64,000 nucleotides of DNA from Eledone cirrhosa (GCA_964016885.1 OZ024743.1:342178001-342242000); one strand, 5' to 3'. Positions 1-15,165 are shown, counted from the stretch's first letter. The notes: generated from the sequence alone by a model not told the origin. Numbers and translations: made by a program.

Positions 1-1099
1 TATAAAAAAGACGTAGGATATTTTGAAATAAAATTAATATAGCAAGTTAAAATGAATAAAAACAGTGGAGAATACATCGAAATGAAATGGAAAACAAACC
101 TTGAAGAAATTAAATGCACGAAAATATTAGAAAAAAACATAGTACACAAAAGAAACATATTCTACCACAAAGCAATGGAACTCTCATACGATAGGTACGC
201 TCTGAAAACGGTGAAAAAACTACACATGAAGCAACTATATGCATTATATCAAACTAAAACGGCAACTCAAATCTAAAATAATGAGTAAAAGCATCCCCAT
301 TGAAAAATACAATTACAGACACAAGAAATAAACACATTCGTTTCCACAGTTAACAGCAAATAGAAAAAAAAACGACATCGCCGCAGTCCAACCACACTTA
401 GCATTGAGCGGGATCTAACAGGAAAAGAAAAGTAATTCAAATTTAGCATAAACATATAAATTGATATAGATCAAAGTAAATATCTACCTCCAGCATGTAA
501 AAGATACCAATAATTAAAAAGTGTAATAAATAGGAATACGTATAATCTTAAAAGCAGATAGAAATTAAGCTATGCTTTGAAAAATGTAAATGCATCTTCC
601 AAGAGAGACCAGGATCAACGGTTATTCAGGCATATTGGAAGCGAATAAGGAACAAAAACATTCAACAAAAGGTTTTAAAATAAAATAGAAGCGCGAGGAA
701 GAGGCACATTGGCAGCACCGAATTCCCAAGCAATTTAAGTTTAGCTTCTAGGTTTGGTAGCTCCTAACTTCTGAACTGAAGACGTACGGCCAAGTAGATA
801 TGATACTCATCTCACATTCGAATAATCGTGGCTTTTATCCATAGATTGGTTGAGACACTGAATTTCACCATGAGTACTAGAAGCAACTCAACGATCCGAT
901 GAACAAGTCACTCACCAAGGGACAGCCGTGTCCATTCAGTCACTTAAGACTTCATAAAACCAGGAAAAGCTCCGACATGAAGACTCTCTAAGCTCGAGAA
1001 AGACTTTACATTCTTGGCTGAAACAACTGACCAGTAATCAGTTCTTGAACATCCATACCCTTACCGTACTTTATATTTCAACGAGGCACATGGCCATTT

Positions 1100-1205
1100 T
1101 GAATCACAGGTACAAGTGTCTTGGTCAAGGATACAACGTGTTACCGGCAATCAAACTCACGAGCTTAAGATCGTGAGCCAAACACCATAATCACTAATTG
1201 ACATG
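1100..1205 (-). mobile_element. Degenerate tRNA-derived SINE fragment (CORE/V-like central motif)
   Basis: The minus strand reads ...gtgagtttgattgccggt...gttgtatccttgaccaagacactt: a decayed B-box followed by the 'tgtgtccttgagcaagacactt'-type SINE core. Confidence 0.4.
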
Positions 1206-1216
1206 CATTCACACAC

Positions 1217-1307
<91 letters not shown>

Positions 1308-2389
1308 GATATATGTGTTATATATATTTTTTTAAATTAAAATAACAGATTAAAGTTTAAGCAAAGAATCACTGCTTTCACTCATATATATATTACCATA
1401 AACAGCATCAAATAGCAGACCTTAGCAAAGACCACTATATAGATTATCTTTTGTTTTCCGAAATGCTGCGGATGTTTCATTACAAACTTCCGTCAACATT
1501 CCGACAACAATTCGTTGTTTTGCAGTTTCTTCCATTTCAGCTCTTTTGTGTATTATCGATAAAAAAACACTGATAAAATTAAAAAAATGGGACAAATTCT
1601 GCGCTACATTAAGCAGGAAATTGAAGACTATTGTATTGGGAGAGGGAGAAAGACAAATCAGATTGTGACTATTATTTATTCTATGCAAGGTCGCTTACGC
1701 AATCTATAAATACAGTTTTTATGACTATTATTTTAACACTGTTACTCTCAGTAATAACAATAGTGTCTTTTATGTGAGTGTAAATTACCATGTTTTCTGT
1801 TGAATATATTAAAGGGTAATTTTGAGTAAATCGTATTAAGTGGTTATTGTAGAATTTTATGAGGAACTTTAAGATACTAGTTCTGAAATGATAGATTCTT
1901 CTCAAGAACATTATTGAACAGAGATTTTTTCCGTTTTAGTCGTTGTTTTCTGTTGTGCAGTAATTACAGATTTAGTTCTTCGTTATTGGTGTTGTTGCTG
2001 TTGTGGGGAGGGGTTTCTCCTCTCAATAACTATTTCGTATAGAAGACGGCACAATATAACTTGCCCCACCTATTTCATCCTATACTCCGACTCTCCTTCG
2101 TCGCTGTAGAAACTCGTACACACATATATAAACAAACTGACACACTTCTCAATGTGTACCTTTTTCCTTTTGTGACGGTAAGGATTTGGTTGATGTTTCA
2201 GCATCTGCTGATATCAAGAACCGGATCTATTGCTGTAGCCAGAGGGCACTTAGTTGTTCCTCCTACATGACTATAGATGTTGGCTTTCTTTCTACTACAA
2301 CGAGCAGCTGGTTTCTGTTCGATCGTTTTTGTTCTGCAATCAACACAGACAGAATCTTTTTACATCGCAAATTTTTTCGCCATCTTCAG

Positions 2390-2658
2390 GCAGCGTAAAT
2401 TCACGCTAATTACCAATAGACAAACACATACACACTGAGAGGCACTCTTTCCTTACCAACAGAAAATGTATAAATACCACCATAACACATTGACAGTCGG
2501 GATATCTGATGATTTCCTTCGAATGAAACAGTTCTAGTCCTGTAGAAGCCATTTCTGTATTAAACATTTATACTCTGCAGTACCTTACTGTGGTTAACCC
2601 CGATTGAATCCGGGATACACACACACATACACACACACACACGCATACACACACACAC

Positions 2659-2697
<39 letters not shown>

Positions 2698-2870
2698 CAG
2701 TATATATATATATATGAATTTCGCATATCTAAAGATATATGGTGTGTTTAATAAATAAACATTTAGAAAATCCTTCCTATAAATAAAAATCTGGTGGTTA
2801 ACGCCACTGAGCGGAGTCCAGCAGAAGCAGGGGTGATAACTTACTATTCATTTCGAAATTAAGATGTTTA
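2390..2870 (+). repeat. Left arm of a long-range inverted repeat: PLE pLTR-like family with decayed HHR and an internal (CA)n(TA)n tract
   Basis: Reverse complement of about 5115-5905. Contains CTGATGA-tttccttcgaat-GAAA-cag..ctg-TA-gaagcc at 2506-2550, with stem I decayed. Confidence 0.75.
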
Positions 2871-2889
2871 ATTCTAAGTACATTTTACT

Positions 2890-3760
2890 AAATTCTACCT
2901 ACAGCAATCTCCAGTCCGTACAGGTGGGTGTATGGGCAAAATGATGGTTTCTACATTGGAGTGAAATCTCATCTCTACTGCTCCATACAGCTTAGCATGA
3001 TTATTTAGGTGCATCCCATATTACACGCCCTTCAGTCACGTCTCTACTTAGCCCTTCCAGGATTTCTCCACCAACCAAATCCTCTTTACTACGTTAAATG
3101 GCACAGATAATGTATTGGGTATTTTATACTATGTGTCCGGATATTAGTACCATGTCACCATCACTTAATGTATTGTTAAGAAGGTACTGGAATTTTGTCA
3201 CACACTCTGACTTATTATTTTCAATGAAGATGAGTAGACAGTGCGGTAATCTGGTGGTTATAATATTAGGTTTCTCGCAGTAAATACTATGTTTAAAAGC
3301 CCTTGCATTTGCCTATAAGATGTACCTTATTTCCTGTATCACCTCTATTTGATACCTTAAAGCGCAACATCATCAGCAAAATCAACATGCCACTTTTCTC
3401 CATTTTATTCTGTAGCCCTTCAAATACGATAAAAGTAGGAAAGTGAATAGAGGAAGAACAGCACTCTGGAGAACATATGTCAAGATATAAAACAACCCGT
3501 AATCTCTTTAAGTGTTTGATGCAACAGGGTTAATGTTCATTCCGGAATTGAAACTTTTCATTTATGCACTAAAGCAGTATAATCTTTCTAAGTAAACTCC
3601 AGGGAATATTGTTAAAAGTATTTTTGGAATCAATGAAATAGATGACTAGAATTCACAGCAGTACTCAATGATGTTGTACTAATAAGGAAGGTTTGCTGTT
3701 CACAGAGGCTGATTTCTAATTTCCTTGTCAGTCTTTTCAATACTATAATGCAAAACAACA
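2890..3760 (-). mobile_element. Highly degenerate RTE-type LINE reverse transcriptase remnant
   Basis: The minus strand encodes HVDFADD at about 3370-3390, with a downstream 'KLYG'-type RTE C-terminal motif. There are many stops. Confidence 0.5.
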
Positions 3761-5272
3761 CCCCAAGAGCATACAGCAATGTTACACCTCCCCAATTGTC
3801 GAAATCATTGAAGCATGTCTTCCTTGGTAGAATTTCAATAGCTTCCCTTCTTTAATCATCTGGAACCAGTTCTATATGCCATATTTTAGCAAAGATATAT
3901 ACCTTTTCCTCTGCAGTAACGTCTTGTCGACGGTTTAGCAGATCTGCTGATCTGCTGTGGTAAGGCCCGGTTCAGCTGCCTCAGTGTATCATTTCTTTTT
4001 TTTTGTTGACAGTCGTAATTGCATCATGCTCTCATATATACCGGTGATACATTTAATCGAGTGATATCTGATTTTGTTCGAAACCAAATGACTGTAACCA
4101 AATATTAATGTATGAATGAGAACTCACTGAAAGTGTTCAGCCCATCTCTGGAATTAAATTTCAATGGTTAGTAGGATGTAATCAACTTTGTACATTATTG
4201 GTACGTTTTCGCCCACCTGTTAATTACTTGATGATTATATACAGTGTCATACAATCACTGATGTCTGATGCTCTCTGTGTTTTAATGATGTTGGCTTAGA
4301 AAGATCTCATCTTGTCTCTCTTGCAGCTATGTATGACCCTTTAATGTCAACTGTCAGATTCCATAAGTCAATCAATATCAACTATTCTCTCTGGTTTCCT
4401 CTTCCCCTTTCAATTCCTTCAGTACACTAACATTAATATATACTAACACACAGACACACAGATTAATATGCGTACATAAACACACAAACACATATATATA
4501 TACACACACTCACACACACACATACATATACATACATGTATGTATATATACTCATATATATATAATCATTATCTAATATTTAATAAGAAATGGCTTCTAC
4601 AGGACTAGATCTGTTTAATTGGAATGAAATCATCAGGAATGCCTAGTGACATAAAGACTTTTTGATACTTCTATATAGTTTTTTTCGCCTGTGTAAATGG
4701 GCTGATTAGCCTCATTTGCATACGAAGCTGTATACGTTGGCAAAGTTTGAAGTAAGAAGAGAGAAGCATTGTCCTGATCAGAACCATTTAAGTTCGAAAT
4801 GCATAGACAAGTAACCCTCATGCTCCAGCTGGACTCCGCTCGGCGGCGTTGAGCGCCAGTTTTCTATTGATAGCTGAGGCTTTCTAAATGTTTATTTATT
4901 AAACATGGTGTACATCTTTAGATAAACGAAATTCACATACGCATTTGTATAGAACTATGTCGTAGCTAAATTCTAATTACATTTTAAGTTGAGCCAACTT
5001 ATACAGCTTCGTATGCAAATGTGGCTAATCAGCTTATTTATACTGGCGAAAAAATTATATATTTTCACGTGTCCTAAAGTGCAGCATTAGGATGAGGAAG
5101 AATTGTCCGGATGTGCACCATTTAAGTTCGAAGTGAATAGACAATTATCCCCCCCCCCTGATTCTGCTGGACTCCGCTCGGTGGCGCTGACCGTCAATCT
5201 TCTGTTTATAAGTAGTGCTTTCTAAATGTTTATTTATTAAATATACCATATATCTTTAGATATGCGAAATTC

Positions 5273-5626
<354 letters not shown>

Positions 5627-5705
5627 ATCCAGAGTTCAATCGGGGGTAACCACAGTAAGTAAGGTACTCAATACATAGCAGAGTATAAATGTTTAATATA
5701 GAAAT

Positions 5706-5756
5706 GGCTTCTACAGGACTAGAACTGTTTCATTCGAAGGAAATCGTCAGGAACGC
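5706..5756 (-). ncRNA. Type I hammerhead ribozyme motif
   Basis: gcgttc-CUGACGA-uuuc cuuc gaau-GAAA-CAG uucuaguc CUG-UA-gaagcc. Confidence 0.65.
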
Positions 5757-6399
5757 TGACTGTCAATGTGTTATGGTGGTATTTATACATTTTCTAGTGG
5801 TAAGGGAAGGTGGTGATTCAAAGAATAAATAAACCTTGAAAATTAGCAGTGCCTGTCAGAGTCTATGTGTTTATCTATTGGTACTTAGCGTGAATTTATT
5901 TTGCCTATGTATACTGTGATTGGTATATCAGTATAGGGCAAACAGGATGAAGGCAGATGACAGAAAGTCGAAGGGCAAAGTCCAGAAGAAAGAGGATTTC
6001 CTTCGAAATAACTAGACGTATCTGAGGAACTTGCGAATCCAGAGTCAGGTTCGATCCACAAACAGATTGTACCTCGAGCTGTTCGCCGGAGAAACATTTG
6101 TCATACGTAATAAATTTGTGTTCCGATGCACCACTGATTCTTCGTTTTCCATATCATCATACGCTGCTCCGAAGGAACATAGAGTGCTCAACTGGCATAC
6201 CGCCTATGGACGCATCCAAGCAACCTTACCACAAATATATATATATACATACACATACACGCACCTATACATAAACACGTATACACGTAAACAATATATG
6301 CAAAGCTGATTTTTGTCGAATAAACAAATCGTCAGGGGATTGCCAACCTGGTCAGTGACCATGGATTTAAAAGAGAACAGAGGACCTCTTTATTCAATC

Positions 6400-6630
6400 A
6401 AGAATTGAAAGAGGTAATCCGAGCAAAGAAGGAGACCTGCAAAGCTTAGCTTGGAAATAAGTCCATATTCTTACACTTGTGGTACAAGCAGGCACGAAGA
6501 ATTGCAGCTGTGGGCGTAAAAGCTTCAAAGGGTAAGACACAGGAGGACTTTGTGTTTAAGCTGGAATCCGACTTCAGATCAGCAAATAAAGTATTCTGGC
6601 AGACCATCCTCTCAGTTCGAAATAAGAAAT
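6400..6630 (+). mobile_element. RTE (Expander/Rex3-like) LINE fragment, EN-RT linker
   Basis: Translates as ...YKQARRIAAVGVKASKGKTQEDFVFKLESDFRSANKVFWQTI, resembling the Rex3/Expander 'DFRSASKRFWQT' region. Confidence 0.55.
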
Positions 6631-6909
6631 ATTGTTATACTTGTTCCTAATGTTGCTTGTCTCGAGATCAGCTTCAATTTAGTAGACTTATATTAAAAGC
6701 GTTCCATCCGGACTAATTCGTAACTTTATATACCAAATTTGTTCGACGCATACTTAAAGGGACTGTGGTGTGTAATACGGGTGCTAATACTACCGAGATT
6801 ATCCACGATTATCGACCGTACATAGGCATACTCCTTGACAATTACTATGTGTATATATATATAGGAATGAAAAATGGCGTGCTGCGTTGTTGCGGATGTG
6901 ATACATATG

Positions 6910-7637
6910 AATTAAAAAATAGAGTAAGAAGCCAGTACTATTCGTCATCAGTGATCTTCTGGCCATCATAGGTATTTCTTCGCATTAATGATCATATACC
7001 TTAGGCCAGCGCGAGCAATAACTAAATAAAGTTATTGGGATAAAAAGAATTGGGTGGAGAAAGAGAGACATGTAAACAAACCAGAATGGTAAGGCAACGT
7101 AAAGGGTGAAAAATCAAGTCAGTGATACAAGTGAACATACGATCTGGCGAATCATTGACGAGAAGACGAAAGACGCATCCGAGCCATGCGAAATGTGAGC
7201 AAGAAAAGAATTTCACACAGGTCAGACGGGTGGGAGTGAGAGAGTGTGAGTAGCAGAGAGTGAGTGAGTGAATGTGTGAGGAAGAGGCTAGCCGAGAGAG
7301 GGTGACTAGCAGAGGGGGGGGGGTGAATGAAAGTATGAGTTACAAGGAGAGAGAAGGGGGAGAGAGAAAGAGGATAGCAGTAAGGGAAGAGAAAGAGACA
7401 GGTCACAGCGGATGGAAAAAATATAGGGTTGATTTTTCACCCTTTAAGTTGCCTTACCATTCTTGTTTGTTTACATGTCTCTCTTTCTCCACCCAATTCT
7501 TTTTATCCCAATAACTTTATTTAGTTATTGGTCGTGCTGGCCTGAGGTATATGATCTTTAATGTGAAGAAATACCTATGATGGCCAGAAGATCACTGATG
7601 ACGGATAGTACTGGCTTCTTACTCTATTTTTTTAATT
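6910..7637. mobile_element. Fold-back element (about 180 bp inverted arms, about 370 bp spacer) ending at (TA)n
   Basis: 6910-7090 is the near-perfect reverse complement of 7455-7637. Confidence 0.85.
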
Positions 7638-7756
7638 TATATATATATATATATATATTTATTAAAATAACAGATAAAAGTTTAAGCAAAGAATCGCTTA
7701 TTTATCGTTATCGAGCCTTCTTTGGATTTTAGTCTTCAAATTTATTATTATTACTT

Positions 7757-7801
<45 letters not shown>

Positions 7802-7819
7802 CATATATATATAGTGAAA

Positions 7820-8004
7820 GAATTGTTTCTACTTTAGGCACAAGGCCAGCAATTATCCAGTGCATTACTGGTACTTTATTTTATCGACCCCGTAAGGATG
7901 AAAGGCAAAGTCAACTTCGGCGGGATTTGAACTCAGATCGTAAAGGGACGTAACTATGCTGGAAAGCATGGTGTCCGATCCTCTACCGATACTGCCAATC
8001 CACC
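7820..8004 (-). mobile_element. tRNA-derived SINE with Nin/Deu-like core
   Basis: A-box TGGCAGTATCGGT, B-box GAGTTCAAATCCC, core gcctttcatccttacggggtcgataaaataaagtaccag. Four copies occur in the window. Confidence 0.85.
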
Positions 8005-8009
8005 GCATA

Positions 8010-8330
8010 GTGAAAGAATGAAGAGTAACATGGTTAGCTGTACAAGAAGGGGCTTTATTTCAGGTATTGGCAGTTGTTTCATTGATCTAGAGGCCGCTAA
8101 TCGCTCGAAGTTGCGTCACTCGATCTCCATTACATGATTTACCTCTGACCAAATCCTCAGTATATTCTAATGATTTGATCAGCGGTAAACACTGTTTTTA
8201 AGGTCGAGTGACGCAACTTCGAGCGAGTAACGGCCTTCAAACACACCTGATCAATGAAACAATTTTAATACCCGAAATAAAGCCCCTTGTTGTACACCAA
8301 CCATGTTATTCTTCATTATTTCACCATTAT
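8010..8330 (+). mobile_element. Fold-back pLTR-like element with decayed long-stem-II HHR (8163-8270)
   Basis: Arms 8010-8125 and 8204-8326. Motif tatt-CTAATGA-[tttgatcag...ctgatcaat]-GAAA-CAATT. Confidence 0.6.
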
Positions 8331-8490
8331 TACTCCAAGTATAACCTGACCTGCATAGGAATTCCCGCGAACTCGCTGCTTAACTATGGAAACATCTTCT
8401 TGAGTCAAACAAAGCCGTAAGTTAAAACTATCCACGACGCAGAGTACTCACATCCTCTAACTGGATTACCTATAACGATAACTTGTTATC

Positions 8491-8527
<37 letters not shown>

Positions 8528-9488
8528 CAAGGGGGTGTAAACACAGAAAATATCTTTAAAAATAATAAATAAATTCCAAAAAATTCCCTGTACTTACTAT
8601 ATGTGCCCTTACCGCGGGTTCAGATCCCAAACAATTAGATACTCCAAGCAGATTTTCATTGAGAAAGAGATCATCGTCAGAAGGCTTTTCTCTCTCGGAG
8701 AATATAAAATTACCGAGTTAAAATTACAAACTGGCGCCATACCAAACTGCCCCAGAATGAGAGCAAATGAATGATGAAACAGTTCAGCTGTGGTACCGTA
8801 TGCAGAGGCAAAAAGCACGGTGGACAGGTCAATCCCGTGCTGCAAAAAATAGCAGCCGTTCAAACGACCAAAGTTTTCTCTACCATTGGGGAGAATAATA
8901 ATAAAAGTATGTGTTCCTATATGTAATTAATACACACAGGGGCACAAGTATAGTCCGACCATATGCTAATGTTGATCCGACCATGAGACAGGTTGTACTG
9001 GGTTACATGTTACCAGTAGCACTCAAGAGTGATCCAAGATAGGGCGGAAGAATTCATAAGCGTCAGCGGCCATCACAAAGTGTGTAAATATGTATATATA
9101 CATGTACATATGTATGTATATGTGTATATACATGGGTGCATGTGTGTGTATATACGCGGGGACATAGAAATAGTCGGGTTGGACACCCGATCGCGCGGTT
9201 AAACCAGTGGGAGTGAAGGACCCCTAGACTTTGTCAGGGCATTCTTTTAGAAGGCAACTCAGGAAACTGGGATAACTCCGATATAAAACATGCGGCTCAG
9301 TAGTTACCGATGATGTTGATCTTTTCTTCTTTTCATGTTATATTTACTGTCGCTAAGAGAGTGGGATTGGCTCAGTGTACAGTCGTTCATCACTTTAAAA
9401 AATATCTTCGCGAACAGGCATTGCAGGATAGCATTAATTAATAATTATTAATAATATTATATCCGCGATAACGAGGGGGCAGCCATCA

Positions 9489-9534
<46 letters not shown>

Positions 9535-9553
9535 ATAAACATATACATGTATG

Positions 9554-9596
<43 letters not shown>

Positions 9597-10127
9597 ATTT
9601 ATATATGCCCATATGTATATATATATAGAAAGCGACAGAGAGAGAGAGAATTAGGGAGAGAGATAGAGGAAGGAGTGCGTGTGTCTGTATATAGTTTCTC
9701 CTAAAATTATTTAATCAATATGTTCTATATTTAAGGAGGTAGTGTAGTTTTTGGTTTGATGTGTCATATATTTTTCAGCAGGTAAGGAGCCCGCGGAGAC
9801 GTTCCCTAGTTAATTGACAGACAGGTGAAAATAAGAAGATAATATAAAACTAAAATTCACTATATATAATTCATAATATTGCAAATGTTTTCAAGGAAAC
9901 GAAGTAGCAACGCAACTTTGACGTTGGCGCACTCTTTTATAGTTGATACGAAGAAAATGTAAACAGAGACATGCTTTGACGAGAATATGATGATACAGTA
10001 TTCCCCCAAACTACGCAATCACACCCACACATGCGTTCCAGCACACAGATTAGCGAACATACGGTGGATACATGCACATACAAAAAAGTATATAGGGACA
10101 TATATCTATCTGTATATGTATCTGTAT

Positions 10128-10955
<828 letters not shown>

Positions 10956-11447
10956 TGTACTGGAAAAATGCTGGTATTTTCTATTTTCTGAAAGGAAATG
11001 ATTTACATGTGGATATGTTGATTCGGAATGCGGTGAGTGCGTTACTAGTCTCTTTTTGTTAACTATTCTCATTCACCAATTCGCATGTTCTGTCTTCATT
11101 CTCATCTATTGTTTCATCTTCTTATCTTCTCATCAAAAACAATGAAAAGTGCGCATGTTTACTTGTTTTTCTGAACCTACATTGTCTTTTTTGTCTTAAT
11201 TTTGTACATCTCATATGTATATCTTTTATACATCTCCATTTATTTATGTGTGTACTTGTATAACACACACGCACACACATAGACACACGCAAACACAAAG
11301 ATATACACACACACACACACACACATGCACACACACACACGGACGGACACACATATATATAGTAATAAAATCCGAAGATGTCTCGATAAGGATGATATAT
11401 ATAAACCCGTAGAGTTTATTATTAAATAATATATATATCACCCACCA

Positions 11448-11570
11448 CGCCAGCAATTATCCAGTGTATTACTGGTACTTTATTTTATCGACCCCGTTAG
11501 GATGAAAGGCAAAGTTAACCTCGGCGGGATTTGAACTCAGAATGGCAAGTGCCGTAGCTCAATGCGTCAA
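11448..11570 (-). mobile_element. tRNA-derived SINE, 5'-truncated copy
   Basis: Same B-box and core as 7820-8004. Confidence 0.8.
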
Positions 11571-11689
11571 TATATATATGTATATGTATATCTATATATA
11601 TATATATATATATACGTTATTCCGGGTTGAATCGGAGGTAACCACAGTAAGTAAGGTACTCAATACATAGCAGAGTATAACAGTTTTAA

Positions 11690-11756
11690 TATAGATGAGA
11701 TTCCTGATGATTTCTAATGAATGAAACAGTTCTAGTCCTGTAGAATCTCATCTATA
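11690..11756 (+). ncRNA. Type I hammerhead ribozyme motif with perfect long stem I
   Basis: uauagaugagauuc-CUGAUGA-u uuc uaau gaa u-GAAA-CAG uucuaguc CUG-UA-gaaucucaucuaua. Confidence 0.75.
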
Positions 11757-11787
<31 letters not shown>

Positions 11788-11942
11788 TTACTAAAATAAC
11801 AGATTAACGTTTAAGCAAAGAATATATATATATAAAGACAATATCTATATAAAGACAATATATATATATAAAGACAATGTTAAACAAATGAATAGAAATA
11901 AGTACAAGATGTAAATATATATATATATATATATTAAACAAA

Positions 11943-12112
<170 letters not shown>

Positions 12113-12124
12113 TATATTTTATTT

Positions 12125-12295
12125 AGGTGGATTGGCAGTATCGGTAGAGGGTCGGTCGTCACGCTTTGACGCATTGAGTTACGGACCCTGCCATTCTGAG
12201 TTCAAATCCTGCCGAGGTTAACTTTGCCTTTCACCCTAACGGGGTCGATAAAATAAACTACCAGTAATACACTTGTGCCAAAAGTAGTAACAATT
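12125..12295 (+). mobile_element. tRNA-derived SINE
   Basis: A-box, B-box GAGTTCAAATCCT, Nin/Deu-like core and an (ATTAT)n tail. Confidence 0.85.
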
Positions 12296-12949
12296 ATATT
12301 ATATTATATTATATTATATCATATTATATTATATTATTTATTTATGTTCATATACGGAACAAAGGGGCTACCAAGGTTGCATGGTCCGAATTTGACCTCA
12401 CCTAAAGAAAAGAAGGGGCATCAAAGTAGTCACGTCTCTACAGGCGCTAATACCAGTTTATAAGTTACCGTTAAAGACAATGTTAAACAAATGAATAGAA
12501 ATAAGTACAAGATGTAAATATGAATTTTGAGATCAACCACGTGTTTGTGTTTGTATACTATAGCAGAAGTATTGTATTGTGTGATGGAATGTAATATAGA
12601 GACAGTAATATTTACTAATGTATCGAGTATAGTAGTAAAGAACATGTATTAGATTATGTGAGTGTGGAAAGAGAACGAGAAAGAAAATATATAACGGGAG
12701 TATATAAATGAAATTAAGGTGGTTGAAAATCAATCGAAATTGTTGAATATTTCCACTTAGCAAGCAGCTGAGTTTTGAAATGGAGACATATATAAATAAT
12801 ATAATATTTCTGCTCTTATCCCGATTAGGCACTGTTTTCTATTTTCCATTTCGCATCTACAGAAATTCCTACGTACACACATACAGACATACACACTCCC
12901 CCCCCCTCCCACACACACACATGTATATAAATATATATATATATATATA

Positions 12950-13266
12950 AGGAAAAAAGATGAAATCGAAAATGCAACTGGAGAGTTATTTTTAAAAAAA
13001 ATATATTTATTTGGTTCCTTTACCGGTTTCGCAGTTCTTCTGCTTTTCAAAGGTAGAATTGATATGGAGGGTTTGTGGTTTTTCTAACAGACCCTCCATC
13101 TCAACTCTAGTTTTGAAAAGCAGAAGAACTGCGAAACCGGTAAAGGAACCAAATAAATATATATATTTTTTTTAAAATAAGACTCCAGTTTCATTTTCGA
13201 TTTCATTTTTTTTTCTTATACTTTCAGTCGTGTAGGACACCGCGCTTATTTTGTAAAAAAAATTCA

Positions 13267-13270
<4 letters not shown>
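12950..13270. mobile_element. Fold-back pLTR element, UUGAAAA-HHR family, between (TA)n tracts
   Basis: Arms 12950-13075 and 13087-13220. HHR copies lie at 13017-13053 (-) and 13111-13146 (+). Same family as 39840-40258, 57335-57722 and 25862-25930. Confidence 0.85.
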
Positions 13271-13299
<29 letters not shown>

Positions 13300-13305
<6 letters not shown>

Positions 13306-13465
13306 ATAGGGAGAAACATTTTTTTTTTTCCTTTTATATTTTTTCTCTTCTTTCTGAGTTAGAAAATGTTTAAAACAAAATATTTTACTTTGTGTGAAAT
13401 CTTAAGGTATTAGTTAATTTATTTATTAACAATGGCATTTATTTATTTATATATTTAATAATTAT
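13300..13465 (-). repeat. Solo terminal fragment of the PLE at 58885-60385
   Basis: Closely matches 58885-59072 and abuts (TA)n. Confidence 0.7.
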
Positions 13466-13676
13466 ACATTTTGTTTATAAAGCTATATTTACGCTGACAC
13501 CTTCAAGTGAATATACACACACACAAACACACAATAGTAGAATATATAAAACGTATGACCACATGATTTAATGTTACTTTGTAAACGCAGTGTCTTGAAA
13601 AATACATAAAATGTTTTTAAATCTACAGAGAGAGAGAGATGAGGGATGGGGGGGTAGGAGGCTCAGACACACACGC

Positions 13677-13709
<33 letters not shown>

Positions 13710-13713
<4 letters not shown>

Positions 13714-13900
13714 GATAGAACCAGTTTTAAACTGGTTGGACCATTACTCAACAGAGTACTCGATACTTGGGATAGTAGTGTATGGCTATGTTATAAAGAG
13801 TTTGTGCCCGACGGCTAAGCTCTTGCTGTTTCAACTAGACTCTGGAACTAGCTGATGAAACAGCAAGAGCTCACCCGTCGGGCTTCGACTCTTCATGTGT
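13710..13900. mobile_element. Short fold-back element with HHR 3' half (family also at 18120-18460 and 19695-19865)
   Basis: Shared 'gagtactcgatacttggg(a)tagtag' segment and an inverted repeat centred at about 13842. Motif GAAA-cagc...ccg-TC-gggc. Confidence 0.65.
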
Positions 13901-14120
13901 ATATATATATATATGATTATATATATACATTTTACTATGGAGATATGGTGGTGAGTCATCCTCCTCTGGAGTTTCACCTGTGCCCTCACAGAAGCATCAC
14001 ACAAGACTGCATGTTCTCCATATACGTCTAGTACCTGCTGATACATATATACATATATATACATATATATTTGAGGCTTCGTGCATGCACGTGTGTTACG
14101 TGGGTGTGTAGGTGAGAATC

Positions 14121-14174
<54 letters not shown>

Positions 14175-14175
14175 T

Positions 14176-14377
14176 AAGTGGTTACACAACAGTTAGTTCA
14201 CCATACCGAGAACAATTGTTTCACCTTAGCGGATCTTCAGCTTGACGAGCTGAAGATCCGCTAAGGTGAAACAATTGTTCTCGGTATGGTGAACTAACTC
14301 TTGTGTAACCACTTCTACCTAACTCGTCCCATGGACTGAGTAATATACCACTACGGATGTTACCTTCCAGTGTTCTA

Positions 14378-14382
<5 letters not shown>
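14176..14382 (+). mobile_element. Fold-back pLTR element between (TA)n tracts
   Basis: Near-perfect 65 bp arms at 14177-14241 and 14249-14313. Confidence 0.85.
14247..14282 (+). ncRNA. Minimal type I hammerhead ribozyme (palindromic stem III)
   Basis: gag-CUGAAGA-u cc gcuaa gg u-GAAA-CAAUUG-UU-cuc. Confidence 0.8.
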
Positions 14383-14429
<47 letters not shown>

Positions 14430-14432
<3 letters not shown>

Positions 14433-14661
14433 ATAATAATAAATTTGAAGACTAAAATCCAAAGAGGGCTCGATAAGGATAAATATATATCAAATATATA
14501 AGAACCGTAGAGGAAATATTTATTAAAATAACAGATTAAAGTTTAAGCAAAGAATCGCTGCTTTCACTCTTAACGGGATCTTCTGAAACTCAGAACTTTC
14601 AGAAGATCCCGTTAAGGGTGAAAGCAGCGATTCTTTGCTTAAACTTTAATCTTTTATTATA

Positions 14662-14665
<4 letters not shown>
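14430..14665. mobile_element. Fold-back pLTR element, CAGAAGA-HHR family
   Basis: Inverted repeat centred at about 14592, with an HHR-like motif at 14597-14644. The family also occurs at 1335-1385, 7660-7750, 11790-11822, 16378-17682 and 17767-17995. Confidence 0.85.
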
Positions 14666-14719
<54 letters not shown>

Positions 14720-14789
14720 AAGGTATATATTGAGTTAGGAACTCAAAATAGTCTCTTATAACAAAATAGAGATATTTCCGAGCCGAGTA

Positions 14790-15165
14790 TTATAATAGAA
14801 TATAAAAGAAAAACGTACACAAATATATACATATACGTGTTCAAATCGCAGGGGACCAGATTCGCTAAGGTGCAAAGAATACTAACTATAGACAATTGGG
14901 TTTGCTTGTATCAATTAAGAAAAAAATCAAGAAAATAAATACAAAGCGGAATTGTGGTAACTACCAATCACCGAATTGTGAATAGAATTACCAATTCAAG
15001 CTCATCATTGGTTTGTGTTTTTTTCTTGATTTTTTCTTAATTGAGACAAGCAAACCCAATTGTCTATAGTTAGTATTCTTTTCACCTTAGCGAATCTGGT
15101 CCCTTACGATTTGAACACATATATGTACATATCTGTGTTCGTTTTTCTTTTATATTATATTATAA
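14790..15165. mobile_element. Fold-back element flanked by (TA)n, no HHR recognised
   Basis: 14790-14945 is the reverse complement of 15012-15165. Confidence 0.8.

Noticed and set aside
1-800. LINE remnants (ORF 52-276; CR1/L2-like tail at about 590-680 minus)
   Set aside because: The motifs are too weak to support a call.
7820-8004. tRNA gene
   Set aside because: A and B boxes are present, but there is no cloverleaf. The sequence continues into a SINE core and is multi-copy.
12950-13270. Fold-back elements as DNA-transposon MITEs
   Set aside because: The arms are asymmetric, the apices vary between copies, and the sequences match PLE pLTRs carrying HHRs.
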